NCBI RefSeq assembly: GCF_009914755.1 | Contig: NC_060947.1 | Reading direction: 5' to 3' (one strand) | DNA length: 64,000 bases | Source: the human T2T-CHM13v2.0 reference genome, Homo sapiens | Part shown: in pieces, positions 26,880 through 41,501 of the stretch | How the letters are laid out: each line of letters begins with the position of its first letter | How positions within the stretch are numbered: position 1 is the stretch's first letter | The notes under the pieces: model-generated | What the model was told of the DNA's origin: nothing | Database searches by the model: none | What the model saw: only the letters and a program-made list of their open reading frames with translations | Program-made: the position numbers and the translations under genes

Positions 26880-26963
26880 GAAGCTGCACTGTTGCAGAGG
26901 TCCATTAACTCTTTCAGGACGGTGTGGAATCAGTGGGGAAATCTCTAATTGCTACTGACACAG
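26880..26963 (+). other. DCAF8L2: Candidate non-coding 5'-UTR exon of DCAF8L2 (84 nt)
   Basis: Branch-like CACTAA, pyrimidine tract TTTATTTTATCCTGTTAG|G, strong donor CAG|GTGAGT at 26963/26964, unique non-repeat sequence, no ATG; alternative acceptor CTCTTTCAG| at 26917/26918. Confidence 0.7.
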
Positions 26964-27520
26964 GTGAGTGGCATGGGTAGCAAATTATGCATGGCAGCAG
27001 CAATTTCCTAGAAGACCTGTGATTGCTTAGTGGTTAAAAAGCTTTAATGTGCCTCCAGTGCCTAAGTCATTAACAGAGAATGATTTAGGCACAGGAAGAA
27101 TCTAACTAAAATGTAAAACTGTGAAGGCATTACAAATAATAGTGTACCTAATAAAAGTACTTGAATATTAGTTTGTGTCAGATACATTTTCCCATTAACT
27201 ATAATAGGTCATGAAAAATACAAAGCAATTGAAAAGCACAAAAAGAAATCTTGTCATAAAATGACACAACAATAATCAGAAATAAAGCAAACAACCTTTT
27301 CTTTATGTTTACAACTTGCTCATATTTATAAAATCTTCACTTTTGTAAGAGTTTAATGTGCCACTGTCACTATATCACTGGCTTTCCAAGCCTTATCATC
27401 AGCTCCCATAGGAAATGTGTCATTCAATTTTAAAAACAGGGGAAACTGAGACTGTATGTATTTCTGAGCTGTAAAACTTGTGATATCCAAGTATTTTATT
27501 TTGCTTTAGGATTACAGTTA

Positions 27521-28552
27521 TTCTTTTTTTATTTTTAGTTCTGGGGGACATGTGCAGGATGTGAATGTTTGTTACATAGGTAAAGGTATGTCATAGTGGT
27601 TTACTGCATCTATCAACCCATCACCTAGGTATTAAGCCCAGCATGCATTAGCCATCCTTTCTAATACTCTCTCCCCGCACCCCACCCCCGACAGGCTGCA
27701 GTGTGTGTTGTTCTCCTCCCTGTGTCCACGTGTTCTCATTGTTCAGCTCACACTTACAAGTGAGAACATGTGGTGCTTGGTTTTCTGTTCCTGCATTAGT
27801 TTGCTGAGGATAATGGCTTCCAGCTTCATCCATGTCCCTGCAAAGGACATGATCTCGTTCCTTTTTATGCCTGCATAATATTCCGTAGTGTATATGTACA
27901 ACATTTTCTTTATCCAGTCTTTCATTGATGGGCATTTGGGTTGATTCCGTGTCCTTGCTATTGTGAATAGTTCTGTAGTTAACATATGTGTGCATGTATC
28001 TCTTTAATAGAATGATTTACATTCCTTTGGGTATATACCCAGTAATGGGATAGCTGGGTCAAATTGTATTTCTGGTTTTAGCTCTTTGAGGAATCACCAC
28101 ACTGTCTTCCACAATGGCAGAACTAATTTACATTCCCACCAACAGTGTTAAAGTTTCCTTCTGCTCCACAACCTCACCAGCATCTGTTGTTTCTTGACTT
28201 TTTAATAATGGCCATTCCAACTGACGTGAGATGGTATCTCATTGTGGTTTTGATTTACATTTCTCTAATGATCAGTGATGATGAGCTTTTTTTCATATGT
28301 TTGTTGGCTGCATGAATGTCTTCTTTTGAGAAGTGTCTGTTCATGTCCTTTGCCCACTTTTTAATGGGGTTGTTTTTTTCTTGTAAATGTGTTTGAGTTT
28401 CTTGCAGATTCTGGATATTAGACCTTTGTCAGGTGGACAGATTGCAAAGATTTTCTCCCACTCTGTAGGTTGCCTGTTCATTCTGATGATAGTTTCTTTT
28501 GCTGTGCAGAAGCTCTTTAATTAGATATCATTTGTCAATTTTTGCTTTTGTT
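27521..28552 (-). mobile_element. L1PA8-10-like 3' fragment
   Basis: Antisense 3' UTR (CACCTAGGTATTAAGCCCAGCATGCATTAG) and ORF2 end (LFTIARTRNQPKCPSMKDWIKK). Confidence 0.92.
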
Positions 28553-29240
28553 AAGATATATAATGTTTTATTTCCCTAGAACAACTATTTAAAAATACCC
28601 ATGTTCTCCTTTCAGTCTCTAGAGAAATGTGAAATTTTTAAAGTACATACAAGCATAGTCTACCAACCATGTACAGTTCTGATTGCATTTTCAATCCTAT
28701 AATTTTCATGAGAGCATAATTTTTTATTCCGTTGAATTGCCATAACTTAGTCATTTCTCTATTATAAAATATTCTATTTTACTATTGTTAACAATGTTAT
28801 AATTAACATCATTTTTCCTAACTTTTGAGAAATAATTTACATAAAATAAAACCAACACATATTAAGTGTATAGTTTTATGAGTTTTGGTGATTGTATGTA
28901 TTTGTGTAGCCATTCCCACAAACATGATATAGATCCAAAAATTCCATAGTGACTCTTTGAATTAGATTTCCTCCTTTCATCCTCCATCCCAGGTAACCAC
29001 TGATCAGCTTTTTGTCACTATAGTTTTGCCTTTTCTAGAATTTCATACAAATGGAATCATGTACTATGCAGTCTTTCATGTTTCATTTTCTAACATAGCA
29101 TCATGTTTTTGAGATTCATTCATGTTTTTGTGTATATCAATATTTTGGTCGTTTTGTTCCATAGTATAAATATAGCACAATTTGTTTATTCAATCACCAC
29201 TTTTAGGATACTTCCCCTACTTCTAGTTTGTGTATAAGCC

Positions 29241-29821
29241 TATTATGGTTAATTTTATGTGTCAACTTGACTTGGCCACAGGCTGCCCAGTTACTTGGTC
29301 AAACATTATTCTGAGTGTGCCTGTGAGAGTGTTTCTGGATGAGATTAACATTTCAATCGGTAGACTGAGTAAAGCAGACTGCCTTCCCTAATGTTGGGGG
29401 AGCCCTGATCCAATCAACTGAAGGCCTAAGTAGAAAAAAAAACAGCCAGCCTTTCTGAGAACAAGAGGGAACACTGCCTGCTTAACTGCTTGAGCTGCAA
29501 CATTACTCTTTTCTGGCTTTCAAACCATGACTGAAACATTGGTTATTCTTGGGTCTCAAGCCTGCTGGCTTTCCAAATGGAATTTAAAATCTTGGTTCTC
29601 CTGGTTCTTCGGACTTCAGACTCAATCTAATACAACACCATTGGCTCTTCTGGGCCTCTATCTTGCTAACTGCAGGTCTTGGTGCTTCTCAGACAATTCC
29701 TTATTACATATGTATGTGTGTGTATGTATGTATATTATATATGTATACATAAAACAGGCACGCATATACACCCACATATATCCTATTGCTTCTGTTTTTC
29801 TGAAGAATTTTGACTAGTACA
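29241..29821 (+). mobile_element. MLT2 (ERVL) solo LTR
   Basis: ATGGTTAATTTTATGTGTCAACTTGAC start, TGACTAGTACA end; 5-bp TSD AAGCC/AAGTC. Confidence 0.92.
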
Positions 29822-30239
29822 AAGTCTTTCTGTAGACCTATTTTTTAATTTATCTTGGGCAAACATCTAGGAGTGGAACTTCTGGGTCATGAAAAGTGCA
29901 TATAACAGTGATATTTAATTGGCAAATTTTTTTCAAAATGGCTGCAACATTTTGCATCCCCACCAGCAATGTATGAGAAATGCAGTTGCTTCATATCTTT
30001 GTCCAAACCTAGTGTTTTCCATTTCTTAGATTTTAGCAATTCTAGTGAATATATCATTGTGGCTTTAATTTTAATTTCCTCATGGTTAATGACATAGAAC
30101 ACTTTTTCTTATGATAATTGGCCATAGATCTATTTCGTTTTGTTAAAGAAAATATGTTAAAATATAAAACATATATAAAGAAAGTGTATTTTAAGAGGTA
30201 CTTTTGTTAAGTACCTCTTAAAATCATTTACCCATTTAA

Positions 30240-30535
30240 TTTTTTTTTTTTTTTTTTTGAGACGGAGTCTTGCTGTCACCCAGGCTGGAGTGCAGTGCGA
30301 TCTTGGCTCACTGAAACCTCCGCCTCCTGGGTTCAAGCGATTCTCCTGCCTCAGCCTCCTGAGTAGCTGGGACTACAGGTGCATGTCGCCATGCCTGGCT
30401 AAGTTTTGCATTTTTAGTAGAGGTGGGATTTTGACATGTTGCTCAGGCTGGTCTCAAACTTCTGACCTCAAGTGATCCGCACACCTCAGCCTCCCAAAGT
30501 GCTGGGATAACAGGCGTGAGCCACTGTGCCAGGTC
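30240..30535 (-). mobile_element. AluS (Sz/Sx-like)
   Basis: Poly-T followed by a full antisense Alu. Confidence 0.95.
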
Positions 30536-31165
30536 AAAAATTTTATTTTCTTGATAGTGAATTAAATTTGTTCTTTATATTTTTTGGATACATGGCCTTT
30601 GTTAAATTTATGATTTACAAATATTTTCTTCCATTCGGTGTATGGCAATCAATTTTGTTTCCTAAACCATGTCTGTAAAAGAACAAAAGTCTATTTGTGT
30701 TTTTTTTTCTTTTATGGATTATGCTTTTTTTATATCCTGCTTAAGAAACTTTGTCAAAGTCAATATGACAAAGATTTTTTTCCTGTGTTTTCTTCAAGTG
30801 GTTTTGTATCTTTATCTTACATATAGGTCTATAATTCATTTAAGCTAAATTTTATATATGATTTTGAGTCAAGGGTTTTTTTTTTAACCATACAGATATC
30901 CAATTGTTCCAATAATATTTATTTAAAAATGTATATTTCCCCTATTGGAATACCTTAATACCTATGTCAAAAACCACTTCACCATATATATGTGGGTCTA
31001 TTTCTGGAATCTTGACTTTGTTTCGTTTAGATAATGTCTATTACACCTATACTACACTGCATTAATTATTTTATCGTTATAGTGAGTCTTGAATCAGACA
31101 GTAAAAGTTCCCCAAAGTTATTCTTTTTCAAAGCTATTTCAGCTATTGTAGATTATTATTATTTT

Positions 31166-31464
<299 letters not shown>

Positions 31465-32249
31465 GATTATTTTTATTTTCATATATTTATTATAATCAAC
31501 CTATCAATTTGACTAAGACTCCATTAAATCTATAGATCAATTTGAGAAGAACTGACATTTCAAAAAAATTTAGTCTTCTAATTTATGAAAACTATATGTA
31601 TTTATGTGTGTGTTCTTTAAGTTAATGTTACCCATGTTTTGTAATTTGGTGTTCAGACCTTACATATATTTTATTAAATGCATTTATAAATAGTTTATTT
31701 TTTACTTTATTAAAATTTGAGTTTTAAAATTTATTTCTTAAATATTTTTATTTTATAGAAATACGATTAATTTGTTTATATTGTATTGGTCTTTGTATTT
31801 GTATTGTATTGGTCTTATAAATTGTAAGCTTGAAAAGTGTGATTGTTAATTGTAATAACTATCTTACAGATTTTAAAGGGTTTTCCACATACATAATTAG
31901 ATTATCTGCAAATCAAGATGGCTTTGCTTTTTTATTTTTCAATCAAATTGTAGGCCTTTCATTTATTTATCCATTCATTCCATTTATCCTTTTGCACTGT
32001 CTGATACTTCCAGTATAATGTTGAATATAATGGCAGCAAATACTTTAAAGCTAATCCAATTTAAGAAAATGGTGCATGAGAACAAAAAGAAGGAAAAGTT
32101 AAAAGCTAATTAATTTCACTGTTGCTCATAATAAGGTACTGATACATAATGTTTAAACAAAGAAAAGACTAAGGATGTCATATAAATATATATAGAACAA
32201 GGATTTTTAAAGTCCTGAATATCGTAGAACTACAAAATACTAAACGTAT

Positions 32250-34990
32250 TTAAATAAATACAAATGGACATAATTCACCTAATAATTTTTTAGTTTAGGA
32301 TTGAAACACAAAGCAAACCTAATTCTAATCTATGGAATAAAACAAAGATTGAAAATGAATTGATGGACAAGAGAAATTAGTTAGAAAACAAAATCTGCAA
32401 AATAAGAAAACATAAGATTGTTTAAAATAATAAAGTAGATTAGCTCACAGAGGAAAGAAAAAAGAAAGCATTAAAACACAAAATAAGAAATAATAGGAGG
32501 CAATCAAGTAACTCATAATTTTAAAAAATCACTCACAAACTATTTTATGCAGCCCTATGTAAAAAATCTAAATTAAATGGATAATTTTCTAGAAAAATAC
32601 AACAGAAGAATAATTACCAGAAGAGAAATTTGAAACAGATAATTTCCCTAGATAATTGGAGAAATTTGTAAATAAAATAATGCCCTCCTCCCTGTGAATA
32701 ACACCAAGCTCAGATGGTTTCACATGAAATCCTACCAAATCCATAAAGAACAGATCATTCTGATGGTAATTCACCTATTCATGAGTACATAGAAAGCTGA
32801 AATATATTAAAATTATTTTCATCAAGTATGAATGACATTTTATCCATAACCTGAAAAATGCACAAAAAGGAAAACCACAGAACATTTTCATTTATCTCTC
32901 ATTGAGGCATCTCATTTATGCAATTTAATGCAAATTATTATGATTGATCTCTAACAATGTTGAAAAGACATTTTTACTGGATTCAAATCTGTCCTTTTTT
33001 AAAAGAAAACAAAATAAAAATACCTTGATAAAATAGAATTCAACAGATACTTCACTAAAATGATTTATGTACAGATGAATCTCGACTTACAATGTGGTTA
33101 CGTTCTGATAAGCCCATCATAAGTTGAAAATATTGTAGGTTGAAAATGCATTTAATAAACCGAACCTATTGAAGATCATAGGTTAGCCCAGTCTATATTA
33201 AATGTGCTCGAAGCTCTTACATTAGTCTAAAATTGGGCAAAACCCTCTAATGCAAATATTATTCTATAATTAAGAATGTATAATTCACATTCAGTAGAAA
33301 GCATACTTCAAATTTTGAATTTTTAATTAGTCAAAATTCAAAATTGGATGTGTGGTTTCTACTGAATGTGTATCACTTTCACAACATCATGAAGTCAAAA
33401 ATTCACAAGTTGAACCATTGTAAGTTGAGGATTGTCTGTGTGTGTGTGTATGTGTGCATGTGTATAATCTTAAAGCACATGTTTATTATAATATACTGCT
33501 TGTGTTCCAGATAAAAGCAGGAGGATAACAAAATGCTCACTATCACAACTGCTACTTAACATTTTATAAGGTGCATTAGCTAATGAGATTAATATGGGAA
33601 AGAAATTAGAGATATAACAATGTAAAACAAGGAGGTAAAAGTATTTCATGTAACAGATAATAAGAAAGCGTAACTGTAACCCCAGGAGAATGATCTGAAA
33701 AGCTACTAGAAAAAAAATAAGTTATTGGGTTATAAAATTAGTATTCAAAAATCAATAGACATCTGCACAAACAAAATCCATTAAAAATCATTAAAAGGAT
33801 TTTATTCATTTACAATGGCAACAGAACAGGAAAATATATAGAGAAACAAATCTGAAATAAAACTATAGGTTTTCTGAAGGATGCAAGAATTATACTTGTA
33901 TGGAAAACTATACCATGTTTTATCTAGGAAGACTGAACAATATAAAGATGTCCATTCCCCCAAAGTTAATTTATAAATTATAAAATTTATAAATAACCAA
34001 AAATCAAAATCCAGAAGGCCTAAATGAAAAGAGTAATAAATGTTTCTAAATTATTTTTTAAATCAAAAGCAAAGTCAAAAGACAAATGAAGAGCTGTGAA
34101 ATATCTTTACGATTTGTACCACAGACAAAAGACTAACCTGCTTAATGAATAGAAAAAAAACTCCTAGAAATCAAGAATAGTAAGACCAACAACACAACAG
34201 AAAAATGGGCAAAGAAATGAACCAATAATTCTTAGAAAAACAAATACAAACTGAATTTTAAAATAGAAAATGATTCTGAGTTTTTTATAAATTAAAAAAT
34301 GCAAACACACTCTATAGAGAAGCTTTTCCTTACCTATCATATTCCAAATTTTTAACAAAGCATGGCTGTTGAGACTATGGGAAAACAGCATTCTCATACA
34401 TTAGTGCTAAGAGTGGAAAATGGTGCAAATCCTATCCAGGACAATCTGCCATTATTTACCAAAATACAAATGCAATTCCCCTTTGACCACAGATCTTCTC
34501 TTCCAGGTATTTGTCCTGCAAAAATGCTCATGCATTCTAAATGATATATGAACAGGATTACTCATTGAGACACTGTAATAGTAAACAACTGTAAATAAAC
34601 CATGTGTATATCAATGGGAAATTTATGAAATAACTGGAGCTATATCTACATAATAGAATATTATGCATCAATAAGAAGAATGAGTATAGCGTTTATGTAC
34701 CAAGATAGAGTGATCTCCAATAACATTTTAGAGTAAAAAAAACAAGATAAAATATTGTTTGGTGTGCTACCTTTTTTTTCCTAAGAAATGAAGCTAGTGA
34801 ATATATTTTCATATTTGCATATATTTGTATTAAACACTAGGAGGATAAGAAAAAATGCAATAAAAATATTTATCAGTACACAGTGCAGTAGAATGGGTTA
34901 AGAGGGTGGATAGCAACAAGACTTCCAAACATGCATCTTGTATGATTTTGAATAAATATATTATCTACTCAAAAAATTAACTCTTAAAAA
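32250..34990 (+). mobile_element. Very old L1 (L1ME-type) ORF2 and 3' UTR remnant
   Basis: A-rich degenerate ORF2 motifs (CAAGCTCAGATGGTTTCACATGAAATCCTACCAAA; AAAATGGGCAAAGAAATGAAC). Confidence 0.7.
33072..33438 (+). mobile_element. MER47/Tigger5-family MITE
   Basis: CAGATGAATCTCGACTTACAATG...TAAGTTGAGGATTGTCTG termini, preceded by TA. Confidence 0.88.
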
Positions 34991-37229
34991 ATAATCATAG
35001 GAATATGGCCCTGCTCTCTATTTTGAAGAATTATTTTAAATAGTAGATTAAATTTATGTTTCTACTTGGTTTTAGATGATACGATTACATATGAAGAAAA
35101 ATAAGATTTACTGGATACATTTGATGTAAGAGGCTTTATATATTTCTCAACTATAAGACAAAAAACAGTAATTAATAAACGTTAATTATTGTCTCCACCT
35201 CTTCGTGGGGGAACAGTATCCCTTGTTTATTTCATATATCATTGAAGACTGGGATAAACTACTGGAAAACTGAGTTTGTAACTGTTTGGAATATAAAAAT
35301 TCTTTAATTTTCTGCTAGGAAGAACAAGGGGAAAAAAACCTTTTTACTCCAGAAGTCATTACTGTACTGGGTTACCTGTATACTAACTTTAGTGGAATAT
35401 ATTAAATTTATCAGGCAACAGAAAAGAAATGTTATAAAAATCTATTTTGTCAATTCTTTTTTTAAAATACAAAAGATGTAAGCACATTCAATTCTTCACA
35501 GCTACAGAATCAATTCTCCAAGTAACAGATTTATATTCACATTTATTAACAATTTGATAGATTGTTGCCAGGTTTTTAACTAAATACAGCCTGTTTGTAT
35601 ATTCTAGGTATATTTTTATTTCAAATTCAGCCATCTCACATATACTTTAAAGTGAGAGGGAAAAAAGTCATATTTTAGCCAAGAAGAACTACCTATATGA
35701 CATTACTATAAGTAAGTGTATATATTCCGTTTCTGAGAAAACGGACTAACAGCTTGAATATTTAAACATATTTGACTCTAAATAATTATTACAGAAAACA
35801 AATAAAATATAATATTGTTATGAGACTCATATCAAGTATTGCATCCAGATTTCATGTTGGCAATTCCATATTTATAAATTCTTTTTTTAAAAATAAGAGA
35901 CATGATAGTAAAAGTTGTGGTACATTCTAATTGCAAGACAGAAAGACTCCATCCACAAGAGAAAACTATATAAGCCAAGTCAGAATTTTTAGCTGAATCT
36001 TTCAGCATGCAGCTCTGTAAGATTCATCCCCAGTGATGGTTACATTGGTCATATTTAGGAAAACAAAAATCAAATACTAATCTCATTTCCAAGGACATGC
36101 AAAATGCCCAAGGAATGCATTTCCCTTCAAAAATACTGCAAATACTATTTAAGTATTAAGATAGACTCTTAGCTCAGCAATCCCCAAATGGAGGCTGCAT
36201 TGAGAGTTAATAATAGCTAGAATTGGAGAATTTTGTTTTTATCTGCCCCAAAAAGATTTATTTGTGATAATGACAGATAATAAATTTGACCTGCTGAATA
36301 TAGATGATGGCATTTTAACAACATAATATATTTATATTTTAAGTCTTTATTTTCAGAGTTAAAATATAAATATATTATGTTTTATAAAGATCTAGATGGG
36401 TCCAATAATATACATGGTTAAAAATTGTAAAGATAAATATTATAAATTGCATTTTAAATGTAATTGAACACATATAAGAGGATAGTGTTACAAGTAGAAT
36501 AATATAACTTGCAAATTAAATTATAAATAAATAATATTTGAAGCTAAAACATAAGTTTATCAGAATAATTCAAAGTATGTTATGAAAATACTCAGAACAA
36601 GAAATCGGTTGCTCATCTTTTAAGTGTAAATATATAAGATAAATATATGAAATAAATATATCTATAAATATAAATCAGAACCGCTGTTAAAAAATAAAAC
36701 ACTGCAAATACAAATGTTCTTTCAATTTATTTTCTGACAATAATGTAGCTATCTTTGAAAAGAACAAGAGAAATGAGTTAGCAACCTATCTTAATGGTTT
36801 GGTATTATCTAAATCTATATAGCTATACTCTCTTGCTTGCGTACCCTACTTGGTCTAACACAAGCTTGATAACTTATATCACAACATAGACCAAAAACTG
36901 CCACTTATTATTCAGGTTTCCGTGCCCTTCAGGGCATTTCTCTCTAGTCCTTTTCCCCATAATAAATATTCTCAGTGGCAAAGTGATTATTTTCCCCCCT
37001 CTCAGTTCTCATAACCTCGTAATCTGAATGGGATTTGGGAGATCAGTTCTTAACAACTCTTTCTTTCTCTAGACTAATTTACAGTTCTACTTAAAACCAA
37101 AGATTATGTAGTTCCTTTCTTTATGCCATTAGCTAACATCAATTATGCACCTACTATGTGCCAGTCATGAGACATGTATTGTCTCATTTATTTTTAGGAA
37201 CACATTAAGGTAGGTACAACAATTTTATA

Positions 37230-38780
37230 AGCTTTTAAATATTATGTATTATATATACATAGCTAAGCAAATCATATGTGTAGAGCATTAGTTATTACAG
37301 AGTAAACCCACCCACATAAAGCACTCAGACTAAGAAATAATATATTACTGTTGCTCCAGAGGCCCCATCATACTCCCTCCCCTCTCTGAAAAGGTAATGA
37401 CTGTCCTGCCTTCCAACAACAGATTATTTTCCTGTTTTGGAACACTTTACAAATGCAGTCACATAATTGAGTTCTTTTTTATCTGGCTTCTTTTGCTCTA
37501 TGTGTTTGTGAGATTTATCCATAATGTTTTGTGCAGTAGCAGTCCTTGTTTCATTGCTGTATAGCGTGTCCTTGTATGTACAGACAACTCACTTATCCAT
37601 TTCATTCTTGCATGACATTTTGGTTGTTTCCAAGTTGAGGATATCATGAATAATGATTGTATGAACATTCTTTCCTATGTTTTTTCATGCGCATATGTGT
37701 GCTTTCTGTTGGGTATATACTGAATAGTGGTATTGTTGGATCAGGGGATCTGCATATCTGCAAGTTTAATAGATACTGCCAAGCAATATTCCAAAATAGT
37801 TCTTTTCACCACACACCCTAATAAGAAGTAAATGAAAGCTCTTTACCAACAATATTGGATGTTTTCAGTCTTTTAAATTGTAGTATTCTAGTGGACATCT
37901 CATTGTGGTTTTAGTTTGAATTTCCCTGGTTAATAAACAGGTTGAGCATCTTTCCATAGGATCATAAACTATTTTTATATTTTTATAGAGGATACTGAAA
38001 ATTTATTGTCCCTTTTCTCACTTGGGTCTTCCAACTTTTTTCATTAATCTATATGTCTCATTTGTGTATATGGGTTGCAAATATACTGGTTTTAAAAATC
38101 TTAAATGGTATCATTTGATGAACAGAAGTTCCTCCTTTTAAAATAGTCCGATATGTCAATCTTTCCCGTTATCTTTTGGGAAATATTTCCTCTTCCCAAA
38201 GCTCATAAAGATATTCTTCTATGACTCATTTATGCCCATTTTTTAATCATTTGAATGTCCTTATGTGTGTGGGCATGCTTCTGGATTCTGTTTTATTTCG
38301 TTGATCTATTTGTTTGTCTCTGTATCAACAGCACACTATCTTAATCATAATTTTGATGCCTACAAATTCTTCAACTTTTTTTCTTCAAATATATTTTATC
38401 TGTACTTGTATTCTTTTAAAATTTTAGAATCACTTACAATTTTTCAAATTTCCTTTCCTAGCCCCAAAACACACATATAAACACCGTGCTAAAATTTTTA
38501 TTTAGATTGTATTGAATTTACTAATCAATTTTGGGAAAATTGGCATCTTTTCAATAATGAGTCTTCCAATCTAAGAACATGTATATAAATTCATTTACTT
38601 TTGTATTTTTAATCTCTTTTTGCACTGTTTCCTTCAGTTATAGTTTTCTGTGACGAGATTTTGGATATGTTTAATTATATTTATTTCTAGGCATTTGGCA
38701 TCTTTTGATGCTATTGTAAATGCACCATTATTATAAATTTCACATTCCAATTGTATCTTGTCTATAGAAATACAATTGCA
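37230..38780 (-). mobile_element. L1MD/ME-type 3' fragment
   Basis: TCTGGCTTCTTTTGCTC...GTGAGATTTATCCAT and CATCTCATTGTGGTTTTAGTTTGAATTTCCCTG. Confidence 0.75.
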
Positions 38781-38784
38781 ATGA

Positions 38785-39261
38785 CTAGTTCTACCTGGGT
38801 TCTGACCAACTTCATGGGGTAATATCCTGAGAACATTACATTTCAACCTTACTTTGCATGTCTCACACCTCCTGCTTTGGGCTTGCCTACTAAATTCGGG
38901 TGTGAAGTGCTACAATAAATATGCAACACAGAACTGCCGATGAGTTAATGCACCTTAGGGAGGTTCAACAAAATTATGGAATCTCAAGGATAAAAACTCC
39001 TCCCTTTTACCCCCTGCGTGAATGTTCCTGGGGCACATTTAACACAATTTTTTTACATGATCCCATGGATAGAACCACTAGTCACTTGTAGCAATGGCCA
39101 ATTCAATGTCTTGTTGTTGTTGTTGTTGTTGTTGTTTTGCTTTCCTCTTTTCCCTGCTTGGAATCTCCTTTGGACCTCACTGCTGCTTTCTGAGCACATT
39201 TCCTCCAATAAGTGACTCACACACAAACCTTTGTTCCAAAGTCAGTTTTCTTGGCAAGACA
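38785..39261 (+). mobile_element. LTR16-like ERVL LTR containing a (TTG)n run at ~39111-39136
   Basis: GAGTTAATGCACC internal motif and a degenerate LTR16-type 3' end ending AAGACA. Confidence 0.6.
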
Positions 39262-39269
39262 TCTCACCA

Positions 39270-39785
39270 TCCTATTTAAGGGAAAGCCTTAACCCTTTCA
39301 AGTGAGTCATATGGCTGTAAATAATATGGCCTCCTGCTACCTGTCAGGCCTCATGTCTTCTACACTTCCCTTTTTGGAGTCTGCTCCAGCCATTCCGGCC
39401 CCTGTGCTAGTTTTCAATCACTCCAGACATCCTCTCTTCTCAGAAAAGTCATGTTTGCTACTTTCTCTGCGTGGACTATTAGATATAGATATAGATACAT
39501 AGGTATATCTCCATGTGCCTTCCTTTTTCTTCTTAAAGTCTGTTCAGTCAGTACATTCTCTGTGATGTCTTTTTTGTCCAGACTTTAAAAAATTGCAACA
39601 AACATAACCCCATCCAGTCATTCCTATCCTTATCTTCTGCTTTACTTTTCTACTTAGCATATCATCTAATATTAATATATCAGGACATGGGTTTTTATTT
39701 GTCTTCCTCACTCTTGTATCCATAGTGCCTATAAAACTGCCTGACATTTAGTAAGGATTCATTAAATATCTTCTCAAGTGAATTT
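39270..39785 (+). mobile_element. L2 3' end
   Basis: TGTATCCATAGTGCCTATAAAACTGCCTGACATTTAGTAAGGATTCATTAAATAT. Confidence 0.7.
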
Positions 39786-40271
39786 TTTTAAGAGGAAAGG
39801 ACATCCCTCCACATATGTAAAAAGAAAGTAAAACAAGAAAATGTTTGAAATAACCATTGAAAGAATAATTTATTAAATTAAACTTAAAACATAAGGTTAA
39901 AAAATAGGTGGAATATAAAGCTCCCTGGAGAGAGAGAGAGGGAGTACTATAAGACACTTCATGTTTAGCAAGACGAAAGTGGGGAGTCTTCAGTTCTTTA
40001 GGATGTGGGCATGAAGAAGACATGGGGGAAGTAGCTCTAGTGAGGTATAATTTGTATTCAATACAATCCACTCATTTTAATTGTATGGTTTGATGAATTT
40101 TAAGAAATGTATTCAGTCATATACCTATCAAGGCAATTATGATATAAATAGAATATTTCCATCATGTGCACAGAAGTTCCTTCATGCTCCTTTGCACTCA
40201 GTCCTCTCTGCTGACCACAGCCATATGGCAGCAAATAACTGATCTTTAATTTTTTTTTCCTATTGCCATCC

Positions 40272-40633
40272 CATCTTAGTCCATTTGGCCTGCTGTAGCA
40301 GAATACCATAAAATTGGTAGTTTATAAACAACAGAAATTTATTTCTCACTGTTTGGAGGCTGGGAAGCCCAAGGTCAAGGTGCAGGTAGATTCAGTGTCT
40401 GGTAAGGCCTGCTTTTGGTTCATAGATGGTATTTTCTATCTCAGTTCTCACATCGTGGAAGGGAAAAGTTAGCTTTCTGGAGTTTCTTTTAAAAGGGCAC
40501 TAGTCCCATTCATGAGGGCTCTACTCTTACAATCTAATCACCACCTAAAGCTGCTACCTCCTAATACCATCACCTTGGAGGTTAGAATTTCAACATATTA
40601 ATTTAGGGAAAGACAAGCATTCAGTCCACTGCA
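40272..40633 (-). mobile_element. MLT1A/MSTD-like MaLR solo LTR
   Basis: TCTTAGTCCATTTGG...AACAACAGAAATTTATTTCTCAC...CATTCAGTCCACTGCA. Confidence 0.88.
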
Positions 40634-41151
40634 GTCCTAAACCAATTTTGATGCTGTACTCCTAGCTGAACATGAGATGAAAAATACTGAGTCCTAAGAA
40701 ATGTATCCATGGGTACTCAAAGTAAGAGGCTTCATGGTTGAGATAAGCATTGCAGGAATGGATCAGTCTCCCTCAAAGGTTCTTACTGGTGGAATTCATA
40801 ATGTTATAGGACTGGTTGTCAAAAATGTCTTTATGTAGCAATGATAAGACAAAACATTAAGGCACTTACTACATAATCCTCGTGTGGGTGTAGAAGTTGG
40901 AATGACCCACCCTTCCCATGACACCTGCAGATATTTAGTTCTCTATAAGTCCTAAGTTTTCAACAAGTTGGAGGTGAAGGTGGTGAGAGGAGAAAAGATA
41001 TTGGATTTTCTGCTAGTTTGGTCCTATGATATTTGAAATCACATATATTATTTATTTGTTTGTTTGCTTGCTTATTTATATATTGTAGTAAAAACATTTA
41101 ACATGAGATCTACCCTTAACAAATTTTAAGTACACAATACAGTATTGTTAA

Positions 41152-41501
<350 letters not shown>

